A stretch of 64,000 nt of DNA from Chloroflexia bacterium SDU3-3 (lineage in GTDB: Bacteria; Chloroflexota; Chloroflexia; Chloroflexales; Roseiflexaceae): positions 148,494 to 212,493 of the forward strand of contig WBOU01000004.1 in the NCBI GenBank assembly GCA_009268125.1, read 5' to 3'. The notes under the pieces were generated by a model, which saw only the letters and a list, made by a program, of their open reading frames with translations, was not told the origin of the DNA and did no database searches. A program made the position numbers and the translations under genes. Each line of letters begins with the position of its first letter. Positions within the stretch are counted from its first letter, which is position 1. This document shows, in pieces, positions 18,998-28,436 of this stretch.

Positions 18998-19970
18998 TGC
19001 GGACAACAGGAGTGGATCGGACACGGCGACGCTGTTTCTTGAAGACATTGCTCAGCTCCTTCTCGGCACGCAGGCGCGGGTTGGTGATCTCATCCATCGC
19101 GTAGTTGATCAGCGAGAGCGCGAACGCGACCAGCGCGACGCACAGGCCCGAGGGGATGATCGTCCACCACGCGCCCACCAGCAGCCCGGCGTTATTTTGC
19201 GCCCAGTACAGGTTGGTGCCCCAGCTCACATCGCTCACGTTGGTGAGGCCCAGGAAGCTGAGCGTGGTCTCCGCGCCGATGGCGTAGGTGACCGAGCCGA
19301 TGGTGCTACCCACGATCAGCGAGGTCATATTGGGCAGCAGCTCGCGGAAGACGATCCGCAGGCGGTTCTCGCCGCTGACCACCGCCGCCGATGCGAAGTC
19401 CTTCTCGCGCAGCGAGAGGGTCTGCGAGCGCATCACGCGGGCGGGCCATGCCCAGCCCACCACGCTCAGCACGAAGATCATAGTGAGCAGGCCGGGCTTG
19501 AGGAAGGCGGCCAGCACCACCAGCAGCGGCAGGCCGGGGATGATCAGCACCACGTTGGTGAGCAGCGAGAGCACATCGTCGATGCGCCCGCCGAAGTAGC
19601 CCGCGATCATGCCGATGGCCACGCCCACCAGCGTGGTGAGCAGGCCAGTGGAGAGGCCGACGGCCAGCGAGTTACGCGCGCCCCACACGGTCTGGCGGAA
19701 CACGTCTTTGCCCTGGCCCTCGGTGCCAAACCAGTGGGTGAGCGACGGCTCCTGGTGGGGCACATCCACAAACTCGTTGGGGTCGCCGGGGGCCACCAGG
19801 GGGGCGAACACCGCCATGAGGATGAAGAACAGCACGATCGCCGCGCCCACCATGCCCTTGGCGTTGCCGGTGATCACGCGCAGCCAGGTGGGCGCAAGCC
19901 GCTTGCTGGCGGGCTTGGCCACCGCAGGGGCCTTGGTAGCTGGGGCCTGCTGAAGATTCTGTGCCTGCAT
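18990..19970 (-). CDS. oppC: ABC transporter permease (OppC-like)
   Basis: 326 aa, about 6 TM helices, BPD-transporter permease signature region. Confidence 0.8.
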   Translation of the reverse strand: MQAQNLQQAPATKAPAVAKPASKRLAPTWLRVITGNAKGMVGAAIVLFFILMAVFAPLVAPGDPNEFVDVPHQEPSLTHWFGTEGQGKDVFRQTVWGARNSLAVGLSTGLLTTLVGVAIGMIAGYFGGRIDDVLSLLTNVVLIIPGLPLLVVLAAFLKPGLLTMIFVLSVVGWAWPARVMRSQTLSLREKDFASAAVVSGENRLRIVFRELLPNMTSLIVGSTIGSVTYAIGAETTLSFLGLTNVSDVSWGTNLYWAQNNAGLLVGAWWTIIPSGLCVALVAFALSLINYAMDEITNPRLRAEKELSNVFKKQRRRVRSTPVVRNA

Positions 19971-19981
19971 CGCAGCCTCCT

Positions 19982-20959
19982 TTAGCTGGCGCGCACGCGC
20001 GGGTCGAGCCGCACATACAGCATGTCGATGATCAGGTTGGCCCCCAGCACCGCGAAGGTGATCATGAGGAACAGGCCCTGCATCAGCGGGTAGTCGAGGC
20101 TGCTCACCGCCTTGGTGAGCTGGTAGCCCAGGCCGGGGTACGAGAACACCGTCTCGACGATCAGCTGGCCGCCCAGCACGAAGCCCAGCGCCATGCCAAA
20201 CGCGGTGATGTTGGGCAGCAGGGCGTTGCGGGCCGCATAGTTGAACATGATGCGGTTCTGCGACAGGCCCTTGGCCTCGGCCATGGTGATAAAGTCCTCG
20301 CCCAGCATGTTGATCATGGTGTTGCGCATGCCCAGCACCCAGCCGCCGATCGAGACCACGATGATCGCACCCGCGGGCAAGATCAGGTGCTGGAACACAC
20401 TGCCCACAAACTCCCAGGTCCAGCCCATCTGCAGCTTGTCGCTGTAGGCGTGGCGCAGCGGGAACCAGCCAAACTTAAAGCCCAGGAAGTAGAGGGCCAC
20501 CAGGGCCAGCCAGAAGAAGGGGAACGAGCCGACAAAGATCAGCAGGGGCGGCAGCACGTTGTCGAGCAGGCCGCCGCGCTTCCAGGCGCTGAAGATGCCC
20601 AGCACATTGCCCAGCGTGAAGCTGATCAGCAGCGCCGAGCCGCCGAGCAGCAGCGTCCACATGACGCTGGTGGCGATCACGCTGGTGACGGGGGCGGGGA
20701 AGGCCGAGATCGAGGTGCCGAGGTTGCCGTGCAGCACGCTGGAGAGGTACTGGATGTACTGAATGTGCAGCGGGGCGTCGCTGAGGCCGTAGGCCTCTTT
20801 CATGGCCTGGATCTGCTCGGGCTGCAGCTGGCCGCGGAACCGCGCGAAGATCACCGACGCGGGGTCGCCGGGCATCAGGCGGGGCAGAAAGAAGTTGATG
20901 GTGATGGAGAGCCAGGCCGCAAGTGCGTAGAAGCCCAGCCGTCGAAGGATATATTGCAT
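19982..20959 (-). CDS. oppB: ABC transporter permease (OppB-like)
   Basis: 325 aa: MQYILRRLGFYALAAWLSITINFFLPRLMPGDP..., a typical OppB/DppB N-terminus. Confidence 0.8.
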   Translation of the reverse strand: MQYILRRLGFYALAAWLSITINFFLPRLMPGDPASVIFARFRGQLQPEQIQAMKEAYGLSDAPLHIQYIQYLSSVLHGNLGTSISAFPAPVTSVIATSVMWTLLLGGSALLISFTLGNVLGIFSAWKRGGLLDNVLPPLLIFVGSFPFFWLALVALYFLGFKFGWFPLRHAYSDKLQMGWTWEFVGSVFQHLILPAGAIIVVSIGGWVLGMRNTMINMLGEDFITMAEAKGLSQNRIMFNYAARNALLPNITAFGMALGFVLGGQLIVETVFSYPGLGYQLTKAVSSLDYPLMQGLFLMITFAVLGANLIIDMLYVRLDPRVRAS

Positions 20960-21061
20960 CGTCGCGCTCCTTTTGTGGGTGCATCGTCGGCGAAGTCGCC
21001 CCTGGCCCTTTGGGCCAGGGGCGAGGGCCGCACCACCCGCGGCGGCGCGGCCCCCCTTGCG

Positions 21062-22870
21062 CTACTTCGGCTGGACGCTGGTCATCACCAGGAGCTGCTC
21101 GGGCGTGCCGCTGCCGAACGGCGAGCCCTGGGCGAAGGGGTTATCCTTCGAAGGCCAGCCGGTGAAGCGGCTGGTGTTGAACTCGTACCACGCCGGCCCA
21201 GGGAAGAGCGGGATGGCCGGGGCGTTGTCCGAGAACAGCTGCTCCAGCTGCTCGGCGATCTTCACCTGCTCGGCCTCGTCGGAGGTGGCGGCGAAATCGC
21301 CCAGCAGCTTGTCGGCCTCATCCAGGCCGAAGCGGTGCCAGTTCTGATCGGAGCTTTCGCCCACGGCCTTGACGGTGGTCTTCGACATCTGGCCACGGTA
21401 GTAGTTAAGCGGGGTCGCGCCGCCGTTGCTCCAGCCGATCGAGATGTCGAACTCGCCCTTCTGGACGCGGTCGTACCAGGCGCTGTAGTCGTAGCTCTTC
21501 ACCGAGGCGTTGATGCCCACGGCCTTGAGGTTCTGCGCGATGATGTTGCAGGCCGAGACCCAGTCGCTCCAGCCCGACACCACGTTGATGTCGTAGACCA
21601 GCGGGGTGCCATCGGACAGGGTGCGCATGCCGTCGCCACCCTTGGCCAGGCCAGCGGCATCCAGCAGTTCGTTGGCCTTGGCGATGTCAAGCTTGGTCCA
21701 GGTGCCCGCATCCACCACGGCCTGGCTTTTGTACTTGGGGTAGGCGTCGCTCAGACCAGTGACGTCGGCAGGCTTGGTGTAGCCGTACATGGCCACCTTG
21801 ACGACTTGGTCGCGGTTGATCGCCATGCTGATCGCCTTGCGCACGTTCACGTCGTCGAAGGGCTTCTTGGTGGTGTTCAGGTAGAGCATCACCGTCGCGC
21901 CCACCGGCGGGAAGTAGTAGCCGTTGTCGGGCGACTTGGCCACGTAGGTCTTCTCGATGTCGGGCAGGAAGTTCCCGGCCCAGTCGTTCTCGCCGTTGAT
22001 GGTGGCCAGGTTGGCCTGGTCGTTGCCGGGGTAGGCCGGGAAGCGCATACCGTCGATCATGGGCTTGCCCGACTGCCAGTAGTTGGGGTTCTTGTGAACC
22101 TCGTAGATCTGGTTCTGGAAGTTCTGCACCTCGGTGAACGGGCCAGTGCCGACCGGGGTCTCGTTGGTGAAGGTCACCGGATCCTTGACATCCTTCCAGA
22201 CGTGCTCGGCCACGATGTTCTGGCCCACGATGTCGTACAGGCCGACGGTGTAGACCTCTTTGAAGCTGAACTCGGCGGTGGTGTCGCTCGGCGCGGTCAC
22301 GGTGTCCAGGTAGACCCAGGCGTTCTGGCCGCTGCCGGTCAGGCCCTTGTTGGCCTTCTGCAGGTTGAAGGTGAAGGCCACATCCTTGGCGGTGAAGGCC
22401 TGGCCATCCGACCACTTCACATTGTCGCGGTAGGTGACGGTCAGCTTCTTGTTGTCGCTGCTCCACTCGTACTTGGTGGCCAGCCAGGGCGTCAGCTCGC
22501 CCTTGACCGTGTTGTAGACCATGGATGGCTCATAGATGCCATTGATCGTAGGGAATCGGTTGTCGGTGGCAAAGGGGTTGAAGTTGCGGGTCCAGGTGGC
22601 TTGCTGCTGGGCCGAGACGGTGAGCAGCGTGGCGCTGCCCGAGCCGCCGGTGGCAGGCGCGGTGGTGGCCTCGGCTGCGGCGGGCGCGGCGGTGGCCTCG
22701 GCTGCGGCGGGCGCGGCGGTGGGCTGCGCGGCAGGCGCGGCGGTGGGCTGCTGCGCGGCGGGCGGGGTGCCGCCACATGCGGCCACGGTCATCATCGTCG
22801 CGGTCCAAACCGGAATGGTCTTGAGAAAAGATCTGCGCCGTCGAAGGTTTAACATCATTGTCCCCCTCAA
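21062..22870 (-). CDS. oppA: ABC transporter substrate-binding lipoprotein (family 5, peptide/nickel type)
   Basis: 602 aa. Lipoprotein signal (...TVAACGG), Ala/Pro/Thr low-complexity linker, then an SBP-5 fold. First gene of the minus-strand opp operon. Confidence 0.8.
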   Translation of the reverse strand: MRGTMMLNLRRRRSFLKTIPVWTATMMTVAACGGTPPAAQQPTAAPAAQPTAAPAAAEATAAPAAAEATTAPATGGSGSATLLTVSAQQQATWTRNFNPFATDNRFPTINGIYEPSMVYNTVKGELTPWLATKYEWSSDNKKLTVTYRDNVKWSDGQAFTAKDVAFTFNLQKANKGLTGSGQNAWVYLDTVTAPSDTTAEFSFKEVYTVGLYDIVGQNIVAEHVWKDVKDPVTFTNETPVGTGPFTEVQNFQNQIYEVHKNPNYWQSGKPMIDGMRFPAYPGNDQANLATINGENDWAGNFLPDIEKTYVAKSPDNGYYFPPVGATVMLYLNTTKKPFDDVNVRKAISMAINRDQVVKVAMYGYTKPADVTGLSDAYPKYKSQAVVDAGTWTKLDIAKANELLDAAGLAKGGDGMRTLSDGTPLVYDINVVSGWSDWVSACNIIAQNLKAVGINASVKSYDYSAWYDRVQKGEFDISIGWSNGGATPLNYYRGQMSKTTVKAVGESSDQNWHRFGLDEADKLLGDFAATSDEAEQVKIAEQLEQLFSDNAPAIPLFPGPAWYEFNTSRFTGWPSKDNPFAQGSPFGSGTPEQLLVMTSVQPK

Positions 22871-22922
22871 TCTGGTTACGAGAACATTTCAGGCCATGCG
22901 AAAGAAATGCAACATCACGTGG

Positions 22923-23987
22923 TTACAGTGCGCCCTGGAGCACCCCTTTCTCTTTCCCCGCGCCGTGCAGGTGGGCACCGCACGACTCGCGGATGACAAG
23001 CTCGGTGGGGAGGTATCGATAGGCAGGAGAGATCTCCTGAGATTCAAGCTGATCGATGAGCAGGTTGGCGGCGGCCATGCCGACCTCGCTGACCGGCTGG
23101 CGGATGGTGGTGAGGCCGATATCGGCGATCACCGGGGCCGAGATGTCGTCGAAGCCGACAATGGCGATGTCTTCGGGCACGCGCAGCCCGGCGGCGCGGA
23201 TGGCGCGGATGGCCCCCAGCGCCATCATGTCGTTGGCGGCGAACACCGCCGTGGGCGGCTGGGGCAGGGCCAGCAGCAATTGCATGGCCGCAGCGGCCTT
23301 GTCCTGCGCGTAGTCGCCAGCCACGATCAGGTCGGGGTCGATCGGGATGGCCTGCTCCAGCAGGGCCTGCTTGTAGCCATCGCGGCGGTCGCAGCCCGAC
23401 GCGGTGTAGAGCGGGCCGGTGATGGTGGCCACGCGGCGGTGGCCCAGCGACAGCAGGTGGCGCACGGCGATATAGGCGCACTCCTGATTTTGGATATCGA
23501 CCCAGGAGAGATTACGCAGGTAGGGGTGGCGCTCGCAGAGCACCAGAGGGATCTGATCGCGCAGCAGGCTAGGCAGCATCGGCTCGTCGATCTGGTTGCC
23601 GATCATGATCAGGCCGTCGAAGGGGCGTCCGCGCAGCACGCGGGCGTAGAAGCCCTGCTGCATGTCGACGGTGAGCATGGAGATCATCACGAAGTAGCCG
23701 CGCCGGCTGGCCGCCGTGATCATGCCGTGCATGGCCACCGAGAGGTAGGGGTCGTGGAAGACCGCCTCGGACATCATGCTGGGCACCAGCACGCCAATGC
23801 TGTGGGTGCGGTTGCTGGCCAGGCTGCGCGCCGCCGCGCGGGGCGCGTAGTTGTGCTCCTGGATGACCTGCATGACCCGCTCGCGCACAGCGGCGCGCAC
23901 GTTGGGGTGGTTGTTGAGCACCCGCGAGACCGTGGAGCGCGAGACCTGGGCCAGAGTGGCAATTTCTTCAATCGTCAGCGATTGCAT
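22923..23987 (-). CDS. LacI-family transcriptional regulator
   Basis: N-terminal HTH MQSLTIEEIATLAQVSRSTVSRVLNN plus a periplasmic-binding-protein-like sugar-binding domain. Start set at the Met preceding the HTH (the track ORF extends to 24035). Confidence 0.75.
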   Translation of the reverse strand: MQSLTIEEIATLAQVSRSTVSRVLNNHPNVRAAVRERVMQVIQEHNYAPRAAARSLASNRTHSIGVLVPSMMSEAVFHDPYLSVAMHGMITAASRRGYFVMISMLTVDMQQGFYARVLRGRPFDGLIMIGNQIDEPMLPSLLRDQIPLVLCERHPYLRNLSWVDIQNQECAYIAVRHLLSLGHRRVATITGPLYTASGCDRRDGYKQALLEQAIPIDPDLIVAGDYAQDKAAAAMQLLLALPQPPTAVFAANDMMALGAIRAIRAAGLRVPEDIAIVGFDDISAPVIADIGLTTIRQPVSEVGMAAANLLIDQLESQEISPAYRYLPTELVIRESCGAHLHGAGKEKGVLQGAL

Positions 23988-23991
23988 GGCT

Positions 23992-24005
23992 GGGAGCGCT
24001 CTCAA
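23992..24005. promoter_or_regulatory. candidate LacI-type operator palindrome
   Basis: TGGGAGCGCTCTCA, a 14-bp near-palindrome with CG centre, 5 bp upstream of the proposed LacI start. Confidence 0.35.
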
Positions 24006-24490
24006 CATTTTGGGTGAAAGCGCATCTATGCCCATACCGATCTGGCATGGAATAACCTAGGTAAATCCGAGCATGCTATGCTTTTAGAAAGCCAAGCACT
24101 ATGCTTTAGGAAAGAACCTGCACATGCCGCATCCGCGCGGCGCTATGTCTTCACCTATTGGGAACGCTCTCAAGATTATGGCAGAGAGTATAGAAGAGCC
24201 GCCAGGTTTTGTCAAGTTGATGTTACTGTGATACCCGAAGTATAGCTTATGTTCTCCATTAAACACAAGCCCATGTTTAATGAGAAAAAACTCACTTTCC
24301 CACAGGCAGTGCGGCTAGCTGCTTGCACAGAAGGAGAGCGAGGCTGCAAAGCTGGGGGCGCTTACTTTCCCAAAACGACGGCGCGGTAGCGGTACCACGG
24401 GCTGCGCACCGCAGGAGAGGTCACATTTGACGTTGGTCTGGCGCGGATCTGACATGAGCGCGGGCGATAGTGCGTGTTGAGGAGGCGGAT

Positions 24491-24655
24491 GCCCTGCGCG
24501 GGCAGCGCCGAGGGGCTAGCCCCTAGGAACCCCACAAGGGGGCGTCGCACCCTCCGAACCCCCAATGTTGAGCGTTCCGATGCTGCTCGCTGGCGGCTGG
24601 TGTTCGTGCATATGGCCAGTTTGCACGAGCGGCACCTTCGCCACATGGGCGGGGT
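24491..24655. repeat. about 165-bp repeat, copy 1; its paralog lies at 36401-36565 beside the IS element
   Basis: Roughly 85% identity to 36401-36565. Contains the 14-bp palindrome AGGGGCTAGCCCCT and shared blocks GGCTGGTGTTCGTGCATATGGCCAGTTTGC and GGCACCTTCGCC. Confidence 0.8.
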
Positions 24656-24805
24656 GGGCTGAACGGCGCAGCGCAATTCTGCTTTGCAGGCATACCCTGG
24701 CGCGCGAGATGATGTGCACGATCGCACCCACATGCTCTGCGCAGAAATGTGATTGCCTCGTAGGGCGTGCTATACTACCCCCTACGAGGCATATCAAAGC
24801 TACCT

Positions 24806-27355
24806 ATGGCACCAAGACGAACACAACGACGCTGGCCACAGTCGGCCATCGACCACGCCTGGCGCTGGTTTCTGCTGGCGCTCAAGCTAGGGGCCGTGCT
24901 GGCGCTGCTGGCCGCGATCGCCGCCATGGCCGGGGGCGCGTGGCTCTACCGCACCTACGCCAGCGATCTGCCCGAGCCTTCCGAGATCAGCCTGCGCCGC
25001 CCGGCGGAGACCACCAAGATCTACGCCCGCGACGGCACCACCCTGCTCTACGAGCTGGTCGACCCGCAGGGCGAGCGCCGCACGGTGGTGCCCTTCGCCG
25101 ACATCCCGCTGACCCTGCGGCGCGCCACTGTGGCCGTAGAGGACGCCAGCTTCTACCAGAACCCCGGTGTCGACTTTAAGGCGATCGTGCGCGCCTTCGT
25201 GCAGAACCAGCGCAGCGACTCGATCGTGAGCGGCGCGTCCACCATCACCCAGCAGCTGGTGCGCAACATCCTGCTGCCCCCCGAGGAGCGCACCCAGCTG
25301 ACCATGGAGCGCAAGATCCGCGAGGCCTTCCTGGCCTTCCGGGTCTCGCGCGAGTACAGCAAAGATCAGGTGCTGGGCCGCTACCTCAACGAGGTCTACT
25401 ACGGCCACCAGGCCTACGGCGTGGAGGCGGCGGCCCAGATGTACTTCGGCAAGCCGGTGGCCCAGCTGAACGACGCCGAGTCGACCATGCTGGCTGGGCT
25501 GCCGCAGTCGCCCACCACCTACGACCCCTTCAACAACTACCAGGCCGCCAAGGCCCGCCAGCGCGTGGTGCTCGATCAGATGGTGCGCACCGGCGCGCTC
25601 TCCGCCGAGGCGGCCAAGGGCATCTACAACACGCCGCTGAAGCTGGTCGCGCCGCGCAGCGACATCCTGGCCCCGCACTTCGTGTTCTACGTGCGCCAGC
25701 TGCTGGAGGAGCGCTACGGCCCCGACGCGCTCTACCGCGGCGGGCTGAAGGTGGTAACATCGCTCGATGTGGGGATGCAGAACAAGGCCCAGCAGATCGT
25801 GGCCGACCGCGTGGTGAACGGGGTGGATGGCGAGCGCCCGCTGCGCAGCCGCAACGCCACCAACGCCGGCGCGATCATGCTCTCCGCCGACAACGAGATC
25901 CTGGCCATGGTGGGCAGCGTGGACTACAACGACGAGGCGATCAACGGGCAGGTGAATGTGACCCTGGCGCTGCGCCAGCCCGGCTCGGCGCTCAAGCCGA
26001 TCATCTACGCCGCCGCGCTGCAGCGGGGCTGGACGCCCGCCACCGTGCTGTGGGACGAGCCGACCGAGTTCAAGCTGGGCGACGGCGCGGTGTACGCGCC
26101 CGTGAACTACGACAACAGCTTCCACGGCCCGCAGCGCGTGCGCATGGCGCTGGCCAACTCGCTCAACATCCCGGCGGTGCAGACGCTGGACTTCGTGGGT
26201 ATCAACGCCTTCGTGCAGCAGGCCCACGACCTGGGCATCACCACGCTGAACGACCCCAGCCGCTTTGGGCTGGCCATGGCGCTCGGCTCGAACGAGGTGC
26301 GGCTGCTAGACCTGACCAATGTGTACAGCACCTTCCGCGACGCGGGCAAGATGCGCCAGCCGGTGGCCATCCTGCGCGTCACCGACTCGCGCGGGGCGGT
26401 GCTGGACAGCGGCGCGAGCCGCCCCACACGCCAGGCGCTGGGGGCGCAGGGCGAGCAGGTGGCCTACCTGATCACCGACATGCTGAGCGACAACCAGGCG
26501 CGCTGGTTCATGTTCGGGCGGGGCAATGTGATGGAGCTTCCCGAGGGGCGGCCTGCGGCGGTGAAGACCGGCACATCCAACGACTGGCGCGACGCCTGGG
26601 CCATCGGCTACACCCCCGAGGTGACGGTGGGCGTGTGGGTGGGCAACAGCGACTCCACGCCCATGCAGGAGATCGCTGGCGTGAACGGCGCGGGCGTGAT
26701 CTGGCGCGACCTGATGAACAGCTACAACGACGGCAGGCCCATCCGCGCGTTCGAGCGCCCCAAAGGCATCGTGGATGCCCAGGTGTGCGCCGACACCGGC
26801 GCGCTGGCCAGCCAGGGCTGCGCGGGCGGCACCGTGGAGGAGCGCTTCATCGCCGGGACCGAGCCGAGCCAGCAGGACTCGCAGACCCAGACGGTGCGCG
26901 TGGCGGGCGACGGCAGCTGCCTGGCCGCCTCGTACACCCCGCCCGACCAGGTGCGCATGAAGCAGTTCCCGCTCTACCCCGAGCGCTACCGCGAGTGGGC
27001 CAGGCAGCGCGGCATCCCGCAGCCGCCCACGGCCTACTGCCCGCCGCCCGCAGGCGACGCCGCAGGCAGCCTGGCCAGCATCGCCCTGCCCTCGGCCAGC
27101 GCGGTGGTGACCACCAGCCAGGTGTTTGTCAGCGGCACGGCGCGCGGGCCGTTTACGCTCGATGTGGGGAAGGGCGACAGCCCCAGCGGCTTCAGCCGGA
27201 TCAACGCCGGGGCCAGCCCGATCGGCGGCGGGGTGCTGGGGGTGTGGGATGCGGGCGGCCTCGCGCCGGGCAGCTACACGCTGCGGCTGCGGGTGCGCAC
27301 CCCCGAGGGCGTGGACGCCGAGACGCGGCGCACGGTGGTGGTGGCGCGGCCCTAG
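24806..27355 (+). CDS. penicillin-binding protein 1A (bifunctional transglycosylase/transpeptidase)
   Basis: GT51 motifs (EDASFYQNPGVD, TITQQLVRN), transpeptidase SALKP, KTGTS motifs, long C-terminal extension. Start at the internal ATG 24806. Confidence 0.85.
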   Translation: MAPRRTQRRWPQSAIDHAWRWFLLALKLGAVLALLAAIAAMAGGAWLYRTYASDLPEPSEISLRRPAETTKIYARDGTTLLYELVDPQGERRTVVPFADIPLTLRRATVAVEDASFYQNPGVDFKAIVRAFVQNQRSDSIVSGASTITQQLVRNILLPPEERTQLTMERKIREAFLAFRVSREYSKDQVLGRYLNEVYYGHQAYGVEAAAQMYFGKPVAQLNDAESTMLAGLPQSPTTYDPFNNYQAAKARQRVVLDQMVRTGALSAEAAKGIYNTPLKLVAPRSDILAPHFVFYVRQLLEERYGPDALYRGGLKVVTSLDVGMQNKAQQIVADRVVNGVDGERPLRSRNATNAGAIMLSADNEILAMVGSVDYNDEAINGQVNVTLALRQPGSALKPIIYAAALQRGWTPATVLWDEPTEFKLGDGAVYAPVNYDNSFHGPQRVRMALANSLNIPAVQTLDFVGINAFVQQAHDLGITTLNDPSRFGLAMALGSNEVRLLDLTNVYSTFRDAGKMRQPVAILRVTDSRGAVLDSGASRPTRQALGAQGEQVAYLITDMLSDNQARWFMFGRGNVMELPEGRPAAVKTGTSNDWRDAWAIGYTPEVTVGVWVGNSDSTPMQEIAGVNGAGVIWRDLMNSYNDGRPIRAFERPKGIVDAQVCADTGALASQGCAGGTVEERFIAGTEPSQQDSQTQTVRVAGDGSCLAASYTPPDQVRMKQFPLYPERYREWARQRGIPQPPTAYCPPPAGDAAGSLASIALPSASAVVTTSQVFVSGTARGPFTLDVGKGDSPSGFSRINAGASPIGGGVLGVWDAGGLAPGSYTLRLRVRTPEGVDAETRRTVVVARP

Positions 27356-27921
27356 CCGCGCGAGACCACCAGCTCCTGCTTGATGCGCTGGGCCAGGATG
27401 CCGCGCAGCAGCGTGTTGATCGAATCGTGGAAGATCTCGACCGCCGTCTTCATCAGGTCGTAGAGCGGCTGGAGCGGCGGCGGGATCTGGGTGAAGAAGG
27501 CCGACTGGTGCTCGGCGACCAGCCGCGAGATCTCATCGGCGTGCTGCAGCAGCAGCTCGGCCAGGCTGATCGCGGCCTGATCGAGCGGCTGGCTGAGCGC
27601 CCACGGCAGCGCGCGCTGCCACTCCTCGGGCAGGCTGGCGCGGGCCTGATCGTCGGTGGAGAGCAGACGCACCTCAAGGATGCCTCGGCTGTAGGTCATG
27701 CCGAACAGCACGCGGCGGATGAGCATGTCGATCTGGCGGTTGTGCAGGATGATCTGCTCCAGCGCCTGCTGGCATGGCGCATCCAGCCGACACTGCTCCT
27801 GCAGCAGGCTGGCGATGCTCTTGATCGAGACGGGGCACTCAAGGAGGTCGTGCCCGATGATCTGCGCGAGATCGGCGATCGGTGCTTGCCAAAACTTGGC
27901 CGTCGTAGATGGATCTTCCAT
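27352..27921 (-). CDS. hypothetical protein
   Basis: 189-aa ORF convergent with the PBP gene; the two stops overlap by 4 nt. No family recognised. Confidence 0.4.
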   Translation of the reverse strand: MEDPSTTAKFWQAPIADLAQIIGHDLLECPVSIKSIASLLQEQCRLDAPCQQALEQIILHNRQIDMLIRRVLFGMTYSRGILEVRLLSTDDQARASLPEEWQRALPWALSQPLDQAAISLAELLLQHADEISRLVAEHQSAFFTQIPPPLQPLYDLMKTAVEIFHDSINTLLRGILAQRIKQELVVSRG

Positions 27922-28249
27922 GGAGCACCTCTATTTTCAATGCTGGCAGATAGGTGGAGATCCTCGGGGGATGCCTGCTGCTTCAAGCGGCCCACGCGGC
28001 CTCGGGGTCTTCAGCGCCACAAGGCCCGCCTGGGGTGGCTCCTAGCGCTCCGGCAAAGTTGGTCCTACGTTTGGTTTCGAGGGCAAGCCCTCATCCGCTC
28101 GCTTGCCCTCAGTATAGCAAGAAAATCTATCTGCGCGGCAAAAAAACGCGTGCCGCAGATAACAACATATTCAGAAAGATCTCGCGATTCTCTCCGATCA
28201 TACCATTCCCGCCCGCCCCGGTAAAGCAGGACTTTTTGGCAGAGTATGG

Positions 28250-28379
28250 GCCTATGCGTTCTCGTTCTGCAAAACGTTTTACCACCAAGACTCCAAGGAA
28301 CAAAAAGACCTCATCTATCACGAAGCCACGACTCCTGCGTTGCCTTCTTGCATGCTTTCTGGAGAACGCATAGATCCTT
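28250..28379. repeat. MITE-like dispersed repeat copy C, inverted orientation, with terminal inverted repeats
   Basis: cctatgcgttctcgttctgcaaaacgttttaccaccaag...gagaacgcatag: termini CTATGCGTTCTC / GAGAACGCATAG plus the TTTTACCACCAAG core. Confidence 0.6.
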
Positions 28380-28436
28380 CTTGGCAGGGTACGGGCAGAG
28401 CGCCGCGCAGGCGGGCGGCGCTAGGCTAGAAATCAC

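Noticed and set aside
19961-22852. Very long ORFs on the strand opposite the opp genes and others (19961..22852, 14674..16677, 7196..8326, 10578..11813, 48506..50407)
   Set aside because: These are typical high-GC shadow ORFs with Arg/Ala/Gly/Pro-rich, low-complexity products, lying opposite well-supported genes.
24491-24655. Possible tmRNA, RNase P or tRNA-like RNA in the 165-bp repeat (GGGGG...TTCG...CCCCC segment)
   Set aside because: The stem-loop has a 16-nt loop and no acceptor or T-arm geometry. No RNase P or tmRNA conserved blocks were found by eye.
24516-24797. Small ORFs 24516..24797 (-) and 36426..36623 (-) sharing the peptide ...AKVP..QTGHMHEHQP...GATPP.GVPRG
   Set aside because: The similarity comes from the 165-bp DNA repeat. 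Neither ORF has an RBS or a conserved frame outside the repeat.
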